Source: an uncultured Actinomycetota bacterium (GTDB lineage: Bacteria; Actinomycetota; Actinomycetes; Propionibacteriales; Nocardioidaceae). From it: a stretch of DNA of 64,000 bases. The position numbers and the translations under genes are program-made. The DNA lies in contig CAWIVR010000027.1 in assembly GCA_963839565.1 (NCBI GenBank), forward strand, positions 196,897 to 260,896, written 5' to 3'. A model generated the notes under the pieces. The model did not search any database. It was not told where the DNA came from and was given only the letters and a program-made list of their open reading frames with translations. Position 1 is the stretch's first letter; each line of letters begins with the position of its first letter. Of this stretch, positions 52,095 through 62,892 are shown piece after piece.

Positions 52095-53418
52095 ATGCTC
52101 CAGCGGCTCGGGTTCCCTCGCGTCGGGGAGCACCGACGGTTCGTGACGGCGATCGGGATCGACGCCGTCGGGTCCGGCGTGTGGATGCCGGTGTCGATGA
52201 TCTTCTTCCTCGCCACCACCGACCTGTCGCTCGTCCAGGTCGGCCTGGCGCTGTCGCTGGCCTCGTTGCTGTCCCTCCCCGTGGCGGTCCTGGTCGGCCA
52301 GCAGGTCGACCGGCACGGGTCGAAGAAGGTGCTGCAGACCGGCAATGCCCTGCAGGCCGTCAGCTTCCTGGCGTACCCGTTCGTCGACCAGGTCTGGTCG
52401 GTGGCGTTCGTCGTCGCGGTCTCGGTCATCGGGCGGACCGCGTTCTGGGGCTCGTACTCGCCCATGGTCACGCTCATCTCGCCACCCGGGGAGCGGGAGC
52501 TGTGGTTCGGGTTCCTCGGGGCGCTGCGCAACGCGGGCTTCGCCATCGGCGGCATCGTCGCCGGGGTGGCGTTGACCCTCGACGCGACCTCGCTCTACTA
52601 CGCCGTCGCGCTGCTGAACGCCGCGTCGTACGTGGTGTCCTTCGTCCTGCTCGCCGGGGTCACGGTCGACGAGTCCGCCGAGCGGGCCCAGCACGGCCAG
52701 CCAGGCGAGGTGGTCGGCGGCTGGGCGACGGTGCTGCACGACCGGGGGTACCGGTGGCTGATCGCCAGCAACCTCGGTTACGCGCTGACGTCGGCCGCGC
52801 TCAACGTCGCCATTCCCGTGTACGTCGTGGAGATGCTCGGCCTGCCCGGATGGGTGTCGGCGGCGGTGTTCGTGATCAACACCCTGATGATCGGCGTGGG
52901 TCAGGGTGTGGTGGTCCAGCGGATGACCGGCGCGGTCCGTGCGCGGATCGTCGCCCTCGGCGCCGTGCTCACAGGAGCGTCGTTCCTCGTCCTCTGGGGT
53001 GCGGAACCGCTGGGCGTCGTGGCGGCGACGTCGGTGGTCCTCGTGGGGGCCGTCGTCTACACGCTGGGCGAGCTGGTCGCCGGCCCGGTGCTGACGACGC
53101 TCGCGGCCGAGTCACCGCCGCCGGCGCTCCGCGGCCGCTACGTCGCGACGTACCAGCTGTCGTGGAACGTCGCGACCGGGGTCGCGCCGCTGCTCTACGC
53201 CTGGCTGCTCGACCGTGGCAGTGGTGCCGCGTGGCTGGGTCTCACGGGCGATCGCGCTGCTCGGTGGCCTGGCCACCGTGCCGATGCGGCGCAGGCTCGC
53301 GCACGCCGGCCGGGTGGTCACCAACCGTGCGGAGGTCGCCGCCCGTGAGCCCGCCCAGCAACGCGTCGAAGGCGGGGGACGAGGGGACGGGCCAGGGTTC
53401 GTGCGAAGGTCGCCGTGA
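52095..53418 (+). CDS. MFS transporter (frameshift near 53250, end uncertain)
   Basis: 12-TM pattern, GQQVDRHGSK motif A. Confidence 0.85.
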
Positions 53419-55447
53419 GGTGCTGGTCGTCCTTGTAGACGACGACGCCGCCCACGGTCGCGTGGCAGAGCAGCTCGGTCGCAGAAGAACCGGTTCATGT
53501 GGATCACGAACGTCGTCAGCTCGGGGTTGGCCGCTGCCACCCGGAGCAGGAGACTCCTCGTCACGACCGACGCCCGCGGGATTGCGCAGGGGTCGTAGGT
53601 CTCCGTCGCCATGGCGATGCACTCGGGAGCTGACTGCGAGGGGTTGCCGGGCGGCGCCTGGACGACGGCCGTCGCGATCCCGGCCCGGTGGAACGTCTGC
53701 AGAGACGTGGCGATGGCCGCCGCTGCCTGGGTCAGTGCCGGACCGCCCGGGTGGCGTCCTGCCCCGTCATGAACGTCGCCGCATCCGCGTGGTCGCTGAA
53801 GATGACAGCACTCAGGTCGTCCATGGCGAGCAGCTGCGACTGCACCTGTGGCCGACCAGACGGGGCACGGGTCGTCCGGTCGACTGGCCGGTGACGGGCC
53901 GTGACGCTCAAGCCCAGGCAGCCCGTCCGGGCCGCAAGCACGATCCGGATGGTTCGGTCGCCGATCCACTGGTTCAGCATCGTGGACGAGCTCGGTCCGG
54001 CGAACGAGTTCCCGACGACGGCGATGGTCCTCGCGTCGGGCTCGTCGTGTGCCGACCACTCGCACCACACGTGGCTCGGCCGGCAGTCGTGATCCCGAGC
54101 TGGCAGCCGCGTGCATGTCCGGGTCGGAGTCGTCCTGTGGCGAAGGCCAGCTTGGCGTCGCCCGGTCGGGCGTACGGCCGTCGCGCACCCTCGGGTCCAC
54201 CGACGCGCGGTGCGCCCACGCATCGCTCGTTGCTCGTGATGCCGGGTGGCCGCGGACGTCGAGGCGTGCCGCTCGAGCTCGCCGACGGTCGCGCCGACGG
54301 TCGTCGTGCTGGCGAGGACCAGGCGACATCCCCGCGGCGGCCAACCCGAAGCTCGGCCACCGCGCCTGCTCGCCGCTGCCAGTCGGCACGGAAGGGGTCC
54401 TCGACGCAGCGCCTTGGTCATCCAGGCCAGGACAAGCGTGGCGCCCAGGATGCCCACGCGCACACCGTTGCCGAGCTCGCCGTGGACGATCCACGGCAGC
54501 AGCGACGAGAGGCGGCCAGTGCCACAGGTAGATCGAGTACGAGTGATCACCGATCCACTGCACGGGTGCCCACCCGAAAAGGCCACCACGGCCGCGAGCA
54601 CGGCTGCCGACCGCGATGACGAGCGCCGCACCGAGCGTCGGGACGAGCGATGAGCCACCCGGGAAATGCGGACGCGTCCGACAGGGCGAGGAATGGCGCC
54701 CAGCACCGCCAGGACACCTGTCGCCACGACCATCCGTGCCACATGAGGCCGGACGGCCAGCGTCGGCAACAGGGCGACCAGGCCGCCGAGCGCGAACTCC
54801 CAGGCCCGCGCCCGGGTGCTGAAGAACGCGACGTTCGGTTCCGGCGGGGCGGACAAGCAGACCACGAGGGAGAACAGACCGACGGCCGAGACGACGACCG
54901 CGACGCGAGTCCGGACGGTGCCGAGTCGACCCAGCGCGCCGGCAGCCACGGCCAGGACGAGCACGATCGGCCAGACGAGGTAGAACTGCTCCTCGAGAGC
55001 CAGGGACCAGTAGTGCTGCACCAGCGTCGGGGGCGTCCGCGGCGCTGCAGATAGTCAGTGCGACCTGCTGGATCGACAGTGCCCAGTTCTGCGCGTAGAG
55101 CCGCCGCGGCTCCGATCTCCACGAGATTGCTGTGCCAGACCACGGGCGGCATGAAGAGGACGAGCACGACCAGCGAGCATGCCGAGCACGAGCAGCGCCG
55201 CGGGCAGCAACCGACGGATGCGGCGCGCGTAGAACGCCAGGAGGTCGACCGACCGGTGGCTTCCAGCTCGCGAACGAGCAGGCCGGTGATCAGGAACCCG
55301 GAGATCACGAAGAACACGTCGACGCCGACGTAGCCGCCCGGGACGAGGCCCGGCCAGAGGTGGTACAGGACGACGGCGGTCACCGCGAGCGCGCGGAGGG
55401 CCTGGATGTCCGGTCGATGCTCTCGTACAGGTGATCTGACGCGTCAC
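53350..55447 (-). CDS. Acyltransferase-3 plus SGNH domain O-acyltransferase (OafA/OatA-like); heavily frameshifted, ends approximate
   Basis: RPDIQALRA, GGYVGVDVFFVISGFLIT, HYWSLALEEQFY, RAWEF, SYSIYLWHWP, GNS and YKDDQH in different frames. Confidence 0.75.
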
Positions 55448-55477
55448 GACGTCCCCGAGGAGTCTTGAGCGGTCGCT

Positions 55478-55801
55478 TCAGGAAGCGGCGAGCTCGAGCT
55501 GGTCGACGTGGGCCTGCGCGTGTGCCTCGTAGACCTCGGAGCCGTCCTCGGCCACGACGCGCAGCAGGCGCAACCGGACCAGGTAGTCGCCGACGCGGGT
55601 GAGGTGCGTGCCGTTGCGGACGGGCGTCTGCGGGTCGCCACCGGACAGCAGCGCGCGGAACGAGACCGAGCCGCCGCGGCGCACGGGCATCACCTTGTCG
55701 AGCCGCAGGCTCGTCGCAGAGAGCCCCGCGATGACGATGACTTCCTGGCCGATCGAGGCCGAGAGCTCGGCGTACGACGGCACGGCGCAGATGAGCGACA
55801 T
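55478..55801 (-). CDS. Hypothetical protein (107 aa)
   Basis: Open frame with host-like codon usage filling the gap; no family recognised. Confidence 0.55.
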   Translation of the reverse strand: MSLICAVPSYAELSASIGQEVIVIAGLSATSLRLDKVMPVRRGGSVSFRALLSGGDPQTPVRNGTHLTRVGDYLVRLRLLRVVAEDGSEVYEAHAQAHVDQLELAAS

Positions 55802-55891
55802 GATCCCCCCAGACCATCCCAAATTCAGACCCCCCCGGGTCTGCGACCAGCCTGACAGGTGGGCGGTCGCCGCGCGGCATTTTCGGGAGAA

Positions 55892-55903
55892 CTGTCTAGA
55901 CAG
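55892..55903. promoter_or_regulatory. Palindrome CTGTCTAGACAG, candidate GntR (HutC/DasR-type) operator
   Basis: Perfect 12-bp palindrome with a GTCTAGAC core in the intergenic region upstream of pfkA. Confidence 0.55.
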
Positions 55904-56010
55904 CGAAGGGGCCGTCCGTCGTACGGCGGGCGCTGGCAGGCCCCGGAGGACTGCTCTAGGCTCGATGGGCCCTGGAACGATCCAACCCTGTCACGAGAGA
56001 TGGGCCCAGC

Positions 56011-57039
56011 ATGAAGGTCGGAGTACTCACCGGAGGCGGGGACTGTCCCGGTCTCAACGCCGTCATCCGCGCCGTCGTCCGCAAGGGCGTGAACGTCCAT
56101 GGCTTCGAGTTCGTGGGGTACCGCGACGGCTGGAAGGGCCCGCTCGAGGGGCTGACGATGAACCTCGGGATCAAGCAGTGCCGCGGCATCCTCCCGCGCG
56201 GCGGGACCATCCTCGGCTCGAGCCGCACCAACCCGTTCAAGATCGACGGCGGGGTCGAGCGGATCCAGGAGAACCTGGCCGCCGAGGGCGTCGACGCGCT
56301 GGTCGCGATCGGCGGCGAGGACACCCTGGGCGTGGCCACCAAGCTGGCCGACCTCGGCGTCAACGTCGTGGGCGTGCCCAAGACCATCGACAACGACCTG
56401 TCGGGCACCGACTTCACCTTCGGCTTCGACACCGCGGTCAACGTCGCGATGGAGGCGATCGACCGCCTGCACACCACCGCCGAGTCCCACCATCGGGTGC
56501 TCGTCGTGGAGGTGATGGGCCGCCACGCCGGCTGGATCGCCCTGCACTCCGGCATCGCCGGTGGCGCGAGCGCCGTGCTGATCCCCGAGCAGCCCTTCGA
56601 CATCGACGCGGTCTGCGAGCACGTCAAGAAGCGGTTCGAGACGCAGTACGCGCCGATCATCGTGGTCTCCGAGGGTGCGGTCCCGAGGGACGGCGGCGGC
56701 ATGACCCTGGTCTCCCTCGAGCGCGACGCCTTCGGGCACGTCCGCCTCGGCGGCATCGGCGACCGGCTCGCCAACGAGATCGAGGAGCGCACCGGCGCCG
56801 AGGCGCGGGCCGTCGTGCTCGGCCACATCCAGCGCGGTGGCACTCCCACGGCGTTCGACCGTTGGCTGGCGACCAGGTTCGGGTTGCACGCGATCGACGC
56901 GGTCGCCGACGGTGACTTCGGCGTGATGGTGGCCCTGCGCGGTGCCAACATCGAGCGGCTCAAGCTGATCGAGGGCACCGGCGCGCTCAAGCTCGTCAAC
57001 ACTGCCGAGTACGCCGAGGCGGAGGTCTTCTTCGGCTGA
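56011..57039 (+). CDS. pfkA: 6-phosphofructokinase
   Basis: GGGDCPGLNA, GGTILGSSR, IGGEDT, PKTIDND, EVMGRHAG. Confidence 0.96.
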   Translation: MKVGVLTGGGDCPGLNAVIRAVVRKGVNVHGFEFVGYRDGWKGPLEGLTMNLGIKQCRGILPRGGTILGSSRTNPFKIDGGVERIQENLAAEGVDALVAIGGEDTLGVATKLADLGVNVVGVPKTIDNDLSGTDFTFGFDTAVNVAMEAIDRLHTTAESHHRVLVVEVMGRHAGWIALHSGIAGGASAVLIPEQPFDIDAVCEHVKKRFETQYAPIIVVSEGAVPRDGGGMTLVSLERDAFGHVRLGGIGDRLANEIEERTGAEARAVVLGHIQRGGTPTAFDRWLATRFGLHAIDAVADGDFGVMVALRGANIERLKLIEGTGALKLVNTAEYAEAEVFFG

Positions 57040-57128
57040 CGAGCCAGGACCCTGGGGGCTTCCTCGCCAATCGGCGTGATCTGGGCCACGATGGCGGGAC
57101 CTGACACCTCGGCAACCAGGGAGCCACC

Positions 57129-58595
57129 TTGAGCACCACCCAGCCCACGGGCAGCTACGACACCAACGCGGACGAGCCCGACCTCCTCCGCGTGATGGGG
57201 CCGAAGCTGCTGCTGCTCTTCATCGTCGGCGACATCCTCGGCACCGGCGTGTACGCCCTCACCGGGTCGGTCGCGGGCGAGGTCGGCGGCGCCGCCTGGG
57301 CGCCGTTCCTCGTGGCGTTCTTCGTGGCCACCGTCACCGCGTTCTCCTACCTCGAGCTCGTCACGAAGTACCCCCAGGCAGCCGGTGCAGCGCTCTACAC
57401 ACACAAGGCGTTCGGGATCCACTTCGTCACCTTCCTGGTGGCCTTCACGGTGATGTGCTCCGGCATCACCAGCGCGTCGACGGCGAGCAATGCGTTCGCG
57501 GGCTTCCTCAACGACGGTTTCGACCTGGGCTTCGAGGTCGGCGGGTTCGCGCTCATGCTGGTCGCGCTCGGGTTCATGGCCCTCGTCGCGGCGGTGAACT
57601 TCCGCGGCGTGGGCGAGAGCGTCAAGGCCAACGTCGTGCTCACCATGGTCGAGCTGTCCGGCCTCCTGCTCATCATCTTCATCGGCCTGTGGGCCGTCAC
57701 CCAGGGCAACGCCGACTTCTCCCGGGTGGTGGTCTTCGAGAGCTCCGACGACCGCAGCGTCTTCTTCGCGGTCACCGCGGCCACGTCACTGGCGTTCTTC
57801 GCCATGGTCGGCTTCGAGGACTCGGTCAACATGGCCGAGGAGTGCAAGGACCCGGTCCGAGACTTCCCGAAGATGATGCTCACGGGCCTCGGCATCACCG
57901 GCACCATCTACGTCCTGGTCTCGATCACGGCGGTGGCCCTGGTCCCCGTGGGAGACCTGACCAACCCCGACAAGGGCCAGGCCCTGACCCAGGTCGTGGC
58001 CGCCGGTGCACCCGACGTGAACTTCGACGCCATCTTCCCGTTCATCGGCATGTTCGCGGTGGCCAACTCCGCACTGATCAACATGCTGATGGCCAGCCGC
58101 CTGCTCTACGGCTTGGCCAACCAGGACGTGCTGCCGCGGAGCCTGGGCAAGGTGCACCCGGTCCGGCGTACGCCCTGGGTGGCGATCCTCTTCACCACCC
58201 TGATCTCCTTCGGACTGATCATCTACGTGGTCCGGGCCAACGCCTCGGAGGGTGGAGCCGCCAACGTGGCCTTGCTGGGAGGCACCACGGCGCTGCTGCT
58301 GCTCTGCGTCTTCACCATCGTCAACATCGCGGTGCTGGTGCTCCGGCGCAGTCCCGTCGACCACGAGCACTTCAGGGCTCCCACGTTCCTGCCGTACATC
58401 GGCGCCGTGGCGTGCTTCTTCCTCGCCGGGCCGTGGGCGCGGACGGCCGAGCAGCGTGAGCAGTACACGATCGCCGGCGGGCTGCTCGTCGTCGGCATCA
58501 TCTTGTGGGCGCTGACCTGGATGACCAACCGCGGCATCCGCGCCAAGAAGACCGGCTTCCGCGACATCGAGCACATGGAGGACATCGACAAGTAG
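57129..58595 (+). CDS. APC-family amino acid permease
   Basis: GDILGTGVYALTG, AMVGFED, 12 TM helices. Confidence 0.92.
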   Translation: MSTTQPTGSYDTNADEPDLLRVMGPKLLLLFIVGDILGTGVYALTGSVAGEVGGAAWAPFLVAFFVATVTAFSYLELVTKYPQAAGAALYTHKAFGIHFVTFLVAFTVMCSGITSASTASNAFAGFLNDGFDLGFEVGGFALMLVALGFMALVAAVNFRGVGESVKANVVLTMVELSGLLLIIFIGLWAVTQGNADFSRVVVFESSDDRSVFFAVTAATSLAFFAMVGFEDSVNMAEECKDPVRDFPKMMLTGLGITGTIYVLVSITAVALVPVGDLTNPDKGQALTQVVAAGAPDVNFDAIFPFIGMFAVANSALINMLMASRLLYGLANQDVLPRSLGKVHPVRRTPWVAILFTTLISFGLIIYVVRANASEGGAANVALLGGTTALLLLCVFTIVNIAVLVLRRSPVDHEHFRAPTFLPYIGAVACFFLAGPWARTAEQREQYTIAGGLLVVGIILWALTWMTNRGIRAKKTGFRDIEHMEDIDK

Positions 58596-58653
58596 GCGTC
58601 CGCCTCCGGCCGTCCCGTACGAACGCGCCGGCATGCCCGCGTACCCTGAGCGC

Positions 58654-59991
58654 GTGAGTCACGTCCCCTCGCTGGAGTCGCTGCACGCCCTCGGCGCGCG
58701 GCAGCAGCCGGCCTACCACGACCAGGCGGCCCGCGAGGCCGCCGTCAGCCGGCTGCGCACGATGCCGCCGCTGGTCTTCGCGGGGGAGTGCGACGAGCTG
58801 AAGGCCAAGCTGGCCGACGTCGCCCGCGGCAAGGCGTTCCTCCTCCAGGGGGGCGACTGCGCCGAGACGTTCGCCGGTGTGACCGCCGACAACGTCCGCA
58901 ACAAGCTCCGGGTGCTGCTGCAGATGGCGGTCGTCCTCACGTACGCCGCCTCGGTCCCGGTCGTGAAGGTCGGCCGGCTCGCCGGGCAGTACGCCAAGCC
59001 CCGGTCCTCCGACCTCGAGACCCGCGACGGGGTGACGCTGCCGGCCTACCGCGGCGACGCGGTCAACGGCTACGAGTTCACCGCCGAGTCGCGTCAGCAC
59101 GACCCGTCCCGGCTGGTGGAGGTCTACCACTCCTCGGCCGCGACGCTGAACCTCGCGCGGGCCTTCGTCACCGGTGGCTACGCCGACCTGCGCCAGGTGC
59201 ACACCTGGAACACCGACTTCGTCAAGGAGTCCAGCGTCGGTCAGCGCTACGAGCGGATGGCCGGTGAGATCGAGCGGGCGCTGACGTTCATGCAGGCCAT
59301 CGGGGCCGACCCCGACGAGTTCCACCGGGTCGACTTCCACACCTGCCACGAGGGTCTGGTGCTCGACTACGAGCACGCGATGACGCGCATCGACTCGCGC
59401 ACGGACATGCCGTACGACGTGTCTGCGCACTTCGTCTGGATCGGCGAACGCACCCGGCAGCTCGACGGCCCGCACGTCGAGCTGTTCCGCCACATCCGCA
59501 ACCCGATCGGCGTCAAGCTCGGCCCGACCACGACGCCGGACGACGCGATCGCTCTGGCCGGTCGGCTCAACCCCGACAACGAAGCGGGTCGGCTGACGTT
59601 CGTGACGCGCTTCGGGTCCGAGCGGATCCGCGACGGCCTGCCCGACCTGGTCGAGAAGGTCACCGCTGCCGGTGTCGACGTGGCGTGGGTGTGCGACCCG
59701 ATGCACGGCAACACCTTCGAGGCGTCCTCGGGCTACAAGACCCGCAGGTTCGACGACGTGATCGCCGAGGTCCAGGGGTTCTTCGACGTGCACCGCTCGC
59801 TCGGCACCTGGCCGGGCGGCATCCACGTGGAGCTCACCGGCGACGACGTCACCGAGTGCATCGGCGGCGGCGAGGAGCTCCTCGAGATCGACCTCGCGCA
59901 CCGCTACGAGTCGGTCTGCGACCCGAGGCTCAACCGGGTGCAGTCCCTCGAGCTCGCCTTCCTCGTGGCGGAGATGCTGCGCACCGTCTGA
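58654..59991 (+). CDS. aroH: Class II 3-deoxy-7-phosphoheptulonate (DAHP) synthase
   Basis: LQGGDCAE, GRLAGQYAKPRS, WIGERTRQ, CDPMHGNT, CDPRLN. Confidence 0.95.
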   Translation: MSHVPSLESLHALGARQQPAYHDQAAREAAVSRLRTMPPLVFAGECDELKAKLADVARGKAFLLQGGDCAETFAGVTADNVRNKLRVLLQMAVVLTYAASVPVVKVGRLAGQYAKPRSSDLETRDGVTLPAYRGDAVNGYEFTAESRQHDPSRLVEVYHSSAATLNLARAFVTGGYADLRQVHTWNTDFVKESSVGQRYERMAGEIERALTFMQAIGADPDEFHRVDFHTCHEGLVLDYEHAMTRIDSRTDMPYDVSAHFVWIGERTRQLDGPHVELFRHIRNPIGVKLGPTTTPDDAIALAGRLNPDNEAGRLTFVTRFGSERIRDGLPDLVEKVTAAGVDVAWVCDPMHGNTFEASSGYKTRRFDDVIAEVQGFFDVHRSLGTWPGGIHVELTGDDVTECIGGGEELLEIDLAHRYESVCDPRLNRVQSLELAFLVAEMLRTV

Positions 59992-60033
59992 GACAGCGTG
60001 AACCCGGCCGTACGCCGCGACGTAAGGCCAGGC

Positions 60034-60606
60034 ATGAGGTCACTGCTCGCCACCCTGGCCGCCCTGGTCCTGCCCTGCGTCGCCGTCGTTCCCGTCCACG
60101 CGCAGGAGCAAGCGGCGGGCGCGACCGTCACCGTCGAGAACATGGCCTTCGGGCCCGCGAAGGTACGCGTCGGGATGGGGGAGACCGTCACCTGGAGCTT
60201 CCAGGACGCGGTCTCGCACACCGCGACGTCGGACGAGGGCTTCTTCGACACGGGCGCGGCCTCGGGGGGTGCCAGCCGAAGCATCCGGTTCGCCTCGGCC
60301 GGCGCGTTCGCCTACCACTGCAACTTCCACTCGATGATGGTCGGGAAGGTGACCGTCCCGATGGCGGCGACCGGATCCGTGAAGGACGGCTGGAAGCTGC
60401 GGTGGCTGGTCGGCGACAACCCGAAGGGCCGCACCTACGACGTCCAGCAACGCCGGACCGGCACCAAGACCTGGTCGCTGTTCCGGAACCAGACGACCAC
60501 CGGATCGGGCCGGTTCGACCCTGGCTCCGGGTCCTGGCAGGTACGGGCGCGCACCATCAAGAAGGAGCGGGCGTCGGGCTGGTCGCCGACCCTGAACCTC
60601 TCCTGA
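60034..60606 (+). CDS. Secreted cupredoxin (plastocyanin-like) with Fn3-like C-terminal domain
   Basis: Signal peptide; type-1 Cu ligands SHTATS...YHCNFHSMM; WKLRW...YDVQQ...WQVRART. Confidence 0.8.
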   Translation: MRSLLATLAALVLPCVAVVPVHAQEQAAGATVTVENMAFGPAKVRVGMGETVTWSFQDAVSHTATSDEGFFDTGAASGGASRSIRFASAGAFAYHCNFHSMMVGKVTVPMAATGSVKDGWKLRWLVGDNPKGRTYDVQQRRTGTKTWSLFRNQTTTGSGRFDPGSGSWQVRARTIKKERASGWSPTLNLS

Positions 60607-60646
60607 GGCCGCCGCCTCCGGCTGCCGGCAAGTCAGGACGAACGAT

Positions 60647-60660
60647 TGTGAACGCTCACA
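60647..60660. promoter_or_regulatory. LacI-family operator 1
   Basis: TGTGAACGCTCACA, one mismatch from the symmetric TGTGAGCGCTCACA. Confidence 0.7.
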
Positions 60661-60752
60661 TACGGATCAAGACGTCGTTGCCGAATCGATTCAGCACGGG
60701 ATGATCGCCCGCGTGGAGCGCATGGAGGGCCAGATCGTCCGGTCCGCCACGG

Positions 60753-60780
60753 TTGACAGCGCGAATGTGAGCGCTAACAT
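60753..60780 (+). promoter_or_regulatory. Sigma-70-type promoter overlapped by LacI-family operator 2
   Basis: TTGACA (60753-60758)-N16-TAACAT; TGTGAGCGCTAACA at 60766-60779. Confidence 0.7.
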
Positions 60781-60836
60781 CGCCGTTCACCAGGACGTGA
60801 CGCCGGTCACGACCCCTCGTGCTCGGGAGGCACCAC

Positions 60837-61244
60837 ATGCTCGTTCGTCCACGACCCCTCATCGGGTCAGCCGCCGCGGCCCTGGCCCTGCTGGCCACCG
60901 GGCTGGTCTCCGGACCGCCATCGGCCAACGCCGACGACCCGTCCGCCGTCACGCCCCAGACGATCGTCGTCGACCCCGCCAGCGGCGGTCGCACCTTCGA
61001 CGGGATGGGCGCGATCAGCGGCGGCGGGGGCACCTCGCGGCTGCTGGTCGACTACCCCGAGCCGCAGCGCAGCCAGGTGCTCGACTACCTCTTCAAGCCG
61101 GGCGTCGGCGCGGAGCTCGACATCTTCAAGGTCGAGATCGGCGGTGACACGAGCTTCGGGTACACCGGCGTGAAGAACATCCTCTGGGGTCCGTACTTCG
61201 GCTCCACGATCCAGACGGTCTACAACACGGCCAGCACGTCCTGA
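60837..61244 (+). pseudogene. Truncated secreted GH59 (galactosylceramidase-like) glycoside hydrolase
   Basis: Signal peptide plus [36 protein letters not shown]...[10 protein letters not shown]59 N-terminus, then 30 residues with no recognisable GH59 continuation and a stop. Confidence 0.75.
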
Positions 61245-61260
61245 TTGCCTGAGCAGGTCT

Positions 61261-61290
61261 CGGCCGCCCCTCGTTCACGAGGGGCGGCCG
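61261..61290. terminator. GC-rich hairpin between convergent genes
   Basis: CGGCCGCCCCTCGT-TC-ACGAGGGGCGGCCG. Confidence 0.75.
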
Positions 61291-61851
61291 TGCCATTCCT
61301 CGGCGAGGAGGGCGTAGGTCAGCCCGTCCACCCAGCCGCGCTCGCGGTGCATCGCGTCCTTGACGGTGTGCGCCTCGCGGCGCATCCCCAGCTTCTCCAT
61401 CAGGTGCCAGGACGCGGTGTTGTCGGCGAAGCAGGTGGCGTACAGCCGGTGGATGCCCAGGTCGTCGAAGCAGACGGCCACCAGCCGCTGCACCGCCTCG
61501 AACGCGAGGCCGCGACCCTGGTGGGTGGGGCTGAGCGCCCAGCCGATCTCGGCCTGGGCATCGACCGTGCGGTCCTGCACCTCTGCCTGGGCCCACGCGT
61601 CGGAGATCGTCGAGGAACAGGTCGCCGACCACCCGGCCGTCCACCTCGATGACCAGCGTCCGCCGGCGGAAGTCCTCGTCGGCGAACCGCTCCACCACCG
61701 CGGCCTCGTCGGTCGAGAGCCTGGGCAGCCACTCCGACACCTCGGGCAGGCGTCGGTACGCGTGGAAGGCCGCCGCGTCGGACGGCACTGACGGGCGGAT
61801 GGACAGGCGCTCGGTCGTCACCGGCCACGACACGCTCTCGATCGAGGTCAC
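61275..61851 (-). CDS. RimJ/RimL-type GNAT acetyltransferase (frameshift near 61610)
   Basis: TERLSIRP, EIGWALSPTHQGRGLA, NTASWHLMEKLGMRRE. Confidence 0.85.
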
Positions 61852-61887
61852 GCCCCGACGCTAGGACACGAACGCCTGCGTGGTCTG

Positions 61888-62892
61888 ATGCTTTTCGTGC
61901 CGATCGACCTCCGCAGCGACACCATCACCCAGCCGACCGACGGGATGCGCGCGGCGATCGCCGCGGCCGAGGTCGGCGACGACGTGTACGGCGAGGACCC
62001 GACCGTCCTCGCGCTGCAGGAACGGGTGGCCGCGCTCTTCGGCCACGAGGCCGCGCTCTTCACGCCGACCGGTTCCCTGGCGAACCTGCTCGCGGTCCGT
62101 TCGCTGGTGGCGCCCGGCCAGGAGGTGCTGTGCGAGTCCTCGGCGCACATCGCCCGGGCCGAGCTGGGCGCGCACGGTGCCGCCGCCGGCGTCACCATGC
62201 GGACCTGGACCTCCGCCCGCGGCCAGGTCGACCTGGCCGCCATCTCGGGCCTGTTCGCCCCGGACATGGGGCCGTTCTTCGTGCGGACCACGGCCGTCTC
62301 GGTCGAGAACACCCACAACTTCGCCGGGGGAGCGGTGCTCCCGATCGCCGACCTCGAGGCGCTGCGGTCCTGGTCAGGCTCGGTCGGCGTGGCCGTGCAC
62401 CTGGACGGCGCGCGGCTCTGGAACGCGCACGTGGCCACGGGCACGCCGTTGGCGACGTACGGCGCCCAGGTCGACGTGCTGACCGTGTGCTTCTCCAAGG
62501 GGCTCGGCGCCCCCGTCGGCTCGATGCTCGTCGGGTCGGAAGCCGCGGTCACCGAGGCGCGGGTCTGGCGCAAGCGGCTCGGGGGCGGGATGCGGCAGGT
62601 GGGCATCCTCGCTGCCGGGGCGGCGTACGCCCTCGACCACCACGTCGACCGGCTCGCCGAGGACCACGCGCACGCCCGGCTGCTGGCGGAGGCCTGTGGC
62701 GTCGACCCGGTGGGCGTCGACACGAACATCGTGGTGCTCGACCGGCCGGACGCAGCGGCGTACGTCGGGGCCGCGCGCGAGGAGGGGGTGCTGGTCTCGG
62801 CGGTCGGGCCGCGGACGGTGCGGCTGGTCACCCACCTCGACGTCAGCGCCGCGGACGCCCAGAAGGCGGCCGAGGTGCTCGCGAAGCTCTAG
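61888..62892 (+). CDS. ltaE: Low-specificity L-threonine aldolase
   Basis: DLRSDTITQP, GDDVYGEDP, HLDGARLWNA, CFSKGLGAPVG. Confidence 0.94.
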   Translation: MLFVPIDLRSDTITQPTDGMRAAIAAAEVGDDVYGEDPTVLALQERVAALFGHEAALFTPTGSLANLLAVRSLVAPGQEVLCESSAHIARAELGAHGAAAGVTMRTWTSARGQVDLAAISGLFAPDMGPFFVRTTAVSVENTHNFAGGAVLPIADLEALRSWSGSVGVAVHLDGARLWNAHVATGTPLATYGAQVDVLTVCFSKGLGAPVGSMLVGSEAAVTEARVWRKRLGGGMRQVGILAAGAAYALDHHVDRLAEDHAHARLLAEACGVDPVGVDTNIVVLDRPDAAAYVGAAREEGVLVSAVGPRTVRLVTHLDVSAADAQKAAEVLAKL

